Positions 61,001 to 64,000 of a DNA stretch of 64,000 nucleotides are shown here, piece after piece. Each line of letters starts with the position of its first letter. The first letter of the stretch is position 1. The position numbers and the translations under genes were made by a program. The notes beneath the pieces were generated by a model. The model did not search any database. It saw only the letters and a list, made by a program, of their open reading frames with translations, and was not told the DNA's origin. Source of the DNA: Piromyces finnis finn (taxonomy: Eukaryota > Fungi > Neocallimastigomycota); the NCBI GenBank assembly GCA_002104945.1, contig MCFH01000019.1, forward strand, positions 620,001 to 684,000, in the 5' to 3' direction.

Positions 61001-62756
61001 GAAAACCAGAGAATAAATCCAATGTAGATAAATATTTTACATTATTACCAATAGAAAATAATATTTCTTCAATATATGGAAGTGGATATGAATCTTTTAT
61101 TGTTATAGAATTTAATTTTCTATAATCTACACACATCCTCCATTTTCCATTCTTTTTTGGTACTAATAAAACTGGAGAAGACCAAGATGATTGTGATGGT
61201 TCTATTAAATCATTCTTTAAAAGCTTTCCTATTTCTTCTTTTAGAATTTCCATATGTTCTTTATTAGAAATACGATACATTTTCTGTTTAATAGGATCAT
61301 CTTGATTTAATTTAATTTCATGAGCTAATAATTTTGATTTACCCAAATCATCAGTATCATTAGCTAGAACATCTATATTAGTTATTAAAAGATTCTTCAG
61401 TTGGTCTTTTGCTTCTTTTTGTGTTTCATCAACTATTTTATTAATAAGTTGTAATTTAGAATCACTAGTAGTTTTAATTTCTAAATCTTGATATTTATCA
61501 TTCTGACTAGTTAAGTAATATATTAATGCATCTTGATTAATTTCTTCATCAAATTCTTCTATTAAGTTAGTTTGATTCATTTCATTAATACTTTCAAAAG
61601 ATCCAATTTTGTGAATATCATCAGTTTTCTGATATAAAGTATGATCAGAAAAGTCCATAATTAATTTCATATTAGCTAAAGTTTCTACACCAATTAAGAC
61701 CTGGAATATATCTTCTTTTTCAATAAGTCTAAATATTTCTTTAGATGTTATATTACCAATAGTAATTTCAATTTCATATAGATGCGACTCAATAGTAGTA
61801 TTGGAATAAGCTTGATATAAAGTTTCTCTAATTTTTGAAACTGGTTTTAATGGAATATTATTTTCTAATAAGAATTTTCTAGTAATCATATTTATAGATG
61901 AACAGGAATCCAAATATACAGTAGTTTCTATTCCTTCTATTTTGCATTTTGATTTCACAACTTTATCTTTTCTTATGGTGGAAAGAATTGTAGATTCATC
62001 CTCAATAATTTTAGTAAATTTTAATGCTTTTGAAAGTTCTGTTTTTAATTTAGGACTAATTTCAAGTAGTTGACCTATTGTTATATTTGCAAATTTTTCT
62101 CCTATATCTTTAGTTATATTATATTTTTCTTGATCTGCTGATATAACTAATCTTTTTGTACCTTTTTCATTTGGTACATCTTTTTCTTTTTGACTTGGAA
62201 GTTCAATCTCTTTTGCTAATTCTATTATTTCCTTTTCTCGTTCTTTTTTATTATTTCGTTTAGCTTTATCTATAGTGGGTTGATTAATGAATGAAGGATC
62301 TAATTGTTTTAATGCTTCTGTTGAATTAGTGTTATTATTAATATTATTATCATTAATGTTATTATCTATTTTATTACTTTCATTATTATTTATATTAGTG
62401 TCATTATTCATACTCATATTATTATTAATATTATTATTATAATTATTATTAAGATTATTATTATTATTATTATTTTCATTTTCAATTACAGTCTCCATTT
62501 CTACTTCATTATTTGGAACTTCAATTATATCTTCATAAGTATTATTTAATGGTTCTCTAGTCTCATTACTTGGAACTCTAATTGGTTGTGGATTGTCACT
62601 TAATTTTTCTTTGGTAGTTCTTTTATATGGTTTAATATCAGTATTCTTTTTAGCTTTTCTTATTACTGGAATAGTAATTTCTTCATTTACTGGTACTGAT
62701 ATTGTAGCAAAAGTAGTATTGGTTTGATTTATGGGAGTATTCCTTCTCCCACTCAT
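58044..62756 (-). CDS. pol: Intact Ty3/Gypsy Pol polyprotein, 1570 aa (PR-RT-RH-IN)
   Basis: VYLDSCSS protease, YMDD RT, TDASLNGIG RNase H, HSIGH...CHDC zinc finger, DDE core, GPF motif; ~250-aa Asn-rich linker. Confidence 0.96.
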   Translation of the reverse strand: MSGRRNTPINQTNTTFATISVPVNEEITIPVIRKAKKNTDIKPYKRTTKEKLSDNPQPIRVPSNETREPLNNTYEDIIEVPNNEVEMETVIENENNNNNNNLNNNYNNNINNNMSMNNDTNINNNESNKIDNNINDNNINNNTNSTEALKQLDPSFINQPTIDKAKRNNKKEREKEIIELAKEIELPSQKEKDVPNEKGTKRLVISADQEKYNITKDIGEKFANITIGQLLEISPKLKTELSKALKFTKIIEDESTILSTIRKDKVVKSKCKIEGIETTVYLDSCSSINMITRKFLLENNIPLKPVSKIRETLYQAYSNTTIESHLYEIEITIGNITSKEIFRLIEKEDIFQVLIGVETLANMKLIMDFSDHTLYQKTDDIHKIGSFESINEMNQTNLIEEFDEEINQDALIYYLTSQNDKYQDLEIKTTSDSKLQLINKIVDETQKEAKDQLKNLLITNIDVLANDTDDLGKSKLLAHEIKLNQDDPIKQKMYRISNKEHMEILKEEIGKLLKNDLIEPSQSSWSSPVLLVPKKNGKWRMCVDYRKLNSITIKDSYPLPYIEEILFSIGNNVKYLSTLDLFSGFHQIPMKKEDIDKTCFTTIFGNYNYKVMPFGLCNAPATFQREMNRIFLPLIGKCLFVYMDDLLVFSPSLEQHILDLQKVFNIIKENGIKANLSKCHFLKQEVEVLGHILSVEGVKPVEKKIETIKNWKSPTNLTQLRSFLGAIGYYRKFIKDFAQIAHPLFKLLKKGMKFEWTSETEQSFQILKERLIKSPILKYPDYDKYFIIRTDASLNGIGGVLLQKDENNVEHPIHYVSRSLNDSEINYSITDLEGTAAFYCCKKFKSYISGNKEETILYTDHKPLVGLFNNKEPNNARQTRWVTTLSMLKVKVKYEQGKKNVVADALSRLIPDNKNDIKISLATFNNNDGETTKNNILNSNKDFYSKNNENIVYSCNFNNSCINDNEINKNNNINPYIDKNIDFNKNSCVNESVNSIKYSKLNNVDLNNYISTNNNSHGSKNININFKNDIDKSKNNNYFKNNEINELSEYNNDIVYNEVMNSDINDLNNTCYLNNKIDINKNDFPKLNENTTTNYYNSNIHNNNNLNKIHSFEPSNIFNIDKNNYFNIENKIKISSVSFENEKEEVLDNDTDLEAVLVTEVTDTSIGTTSENNSNEYPGSNKIKDFLKKKIILINGIKYYKDGDNIRKVVEDKEEKIELLLAAHSIGHEGFYKTYNRLKKNYYWKNMSKDVELLVKTCHDCQLKRPQPINSGTESFATKPGLPFTRVGLDIIGPLPITKNNNKYIIVLVDYFTKWVEAEPLKSIESTDVIKFLTNVFSRHGTPEILITDNGPQFTSDATKGFLDLYGIYVQYSSTYHPETNGQVENRNREIVKNIRLLGNSNKEWDEVLPSALWALRTCKNEVTKFSSFELLYGRTDLQPFELMIEYNNKNEYETPEEYLINKFTTHWEWIIEVTKNIQNANKLWENRRKQKASMNTAFSAGDLVLVRNFSRRKLDPFFMGPFRIIKMEFNTATLCDPISGAIAERNVHQKNLVHYHTWHNETSRDEVQT

Positions 62757-62765
62757 AAGTTTAAA
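62731..62765 (-). promoter_or_regulatory. -1 programmed ribosomal frameshift signal (gag-pol junction)
   Basis: T TTA AAC (62765-62759), 6-nt spacer, then GTGGGAG-AAGGAATA-CTCCCAT hairpin; pol is in the -1 frame. Confidence 0.78.
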
Positions 62766-63827
62766 TGATTTTGATTAGAGTTTATAAGGCCTTGTTTTTC
62801 CATTTCTGCAAGTTCTTGGAATGTATATTTGCAATCTTGCATTTTGTGGCCTACTTGTTGACATCTAAAACATTTATTTCTTTGAGACTGGTTAAACATA
62901 TTCACTTGACTTTGAGATGTAGTTTGATTAACTTTATTAGTAGTAGTATTCATTTTATTAGCATTAACATTATTAGAATAATTAGTGGAATTTTGATATG
63001 ATTTATTTTCTTCCATATTGGAATAATTATTGTTATTAAATGTACTAGAATTATAAGGGTATTTACTATAACCATTATTATATGCATTTTGATCACCTTG
63101 ATAGTTGTTATAATTATTGTTATAATTATTATTATAATTGTTACTATAACTATTATTATTAGTATTGAAATTATTTGGGTAATTATTTCTGTAATTATTT
63201 CTCTTATTAAAACGTTGATTTCTCATATTATAGTTTCCATTGAATCGCATATTATAATTATTATAATTATTATTATTATCATAATTATTATTATAGTTAT
63301 TATTGTAGTATCCATTATAAGTATATGGACTATCATTATTATTAAAATAATTATAATTAGTTCCACCACTATGTTGAGTAAATAGATTATAATTTTGGTT
63401 TTGATATGGATCAAAGTAAGGTTGGTTATCAGTAAACATATTTACATTATGATACTGAGGAACTTCAGTTGCTGATTCAGCTAATTCGGCAACCTTAAAA
63501 GCGGCTTCTATATCTTTAGGTTGGGCAGTGATTACTTGAGTTCTGATAAAAGGACGAGAAATAATGGAATTAGTATAATCCTTAACAGTAACGAATAGTT
63601 GGGATCCAACATTAAGATTTTTATATAAGTTTCCGTATCTCCAGTTGAAATCCTTAATACTTTCTCCTCTTCTAATTTTTAGAGACTTAACATTGAAGCA
63701 TTTTTCTTGAGGCGTGATTTCTAAGTATTCTTCAATAGCCTCTTTAATATCTTCGATACTAGGATAATTTGTTCCAGTATCACTTTCTGTTTTTAAGTCA
63801 TCAATGATTCCTTTTAATCTACCTTGG
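62753..63827 (-). pseudogene. gag: Gag, interrupted at its 5' end by a family B LTR
   Basis: KCFRCQQVGHKMQDC knuckle; the first ~16 codons of the tracked ORF are LTR sequence. Confidence 0.88.
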
Positions 63828-64000
63828 TGTAAAGTATAAAATTTAAAACAGATTTCATACTTAAAACAAAACAATTTTTATTAACACAAAAATAAAAAAA
63901 TAAAACATTAAATTTTTATTTTAAAAATCATTTTATTTAAAACTCTTAAAAAGATTATTAACTATATAATAGTTAATAATTAAAAATTGAAATAACAATT
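63828..64000 (+). repeat. Start of a family B LTR (runs off the window)
   Basis: TGTAAAGTATAAAATTTAAAACAGATTTCATAC matches the start of the LTR at 21657. Confidence 0.75.

Overview
This is an extremely AT-rich eukaryotic window with no recognisable host gene; an anaerobic gut fungus (Neocallimastigomycota) is a plausible source, inferred only from composition and Asn-rich proteins. It has two components. (1) About 12 kb (7950-19850) is a decayed endogenous large DNA virus of Nucleocytoviricota type. It carries pseudogenes of the RNA polymerase largest subunit (C-terminal part), an RNA-primed family B DNA polymerase, a D5-type primase/helicase and a cryptic RNA polymerase second-subunit C-terminus missed by the ORF track, plus three orphan ORFs. 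(2) The rest is a deeply nested graveyard of LTR retrotransposons (Ty3/Gypsy and Ty1/Copia). Most of the apparently featureless AT-rich DNA resolves into TG...CA-bounded solo LTRs with exact 4- or 5-bp target-site duplications (TSDs). Notable signals: Tf1-like self-priming primer-binding sites, tRNA-Gln-like Pol III cassettes inside one LTR family, repeated insertion into the last ~10 bp of that LTR family, a -1 frameshift signal conserved in two paralogs, an unusual retroelement with a giant coiled-coil Gag, and a hairpin-rich non-coding repeat. All TSDs, motifs and off-track translations were read by eye; no searches were run.
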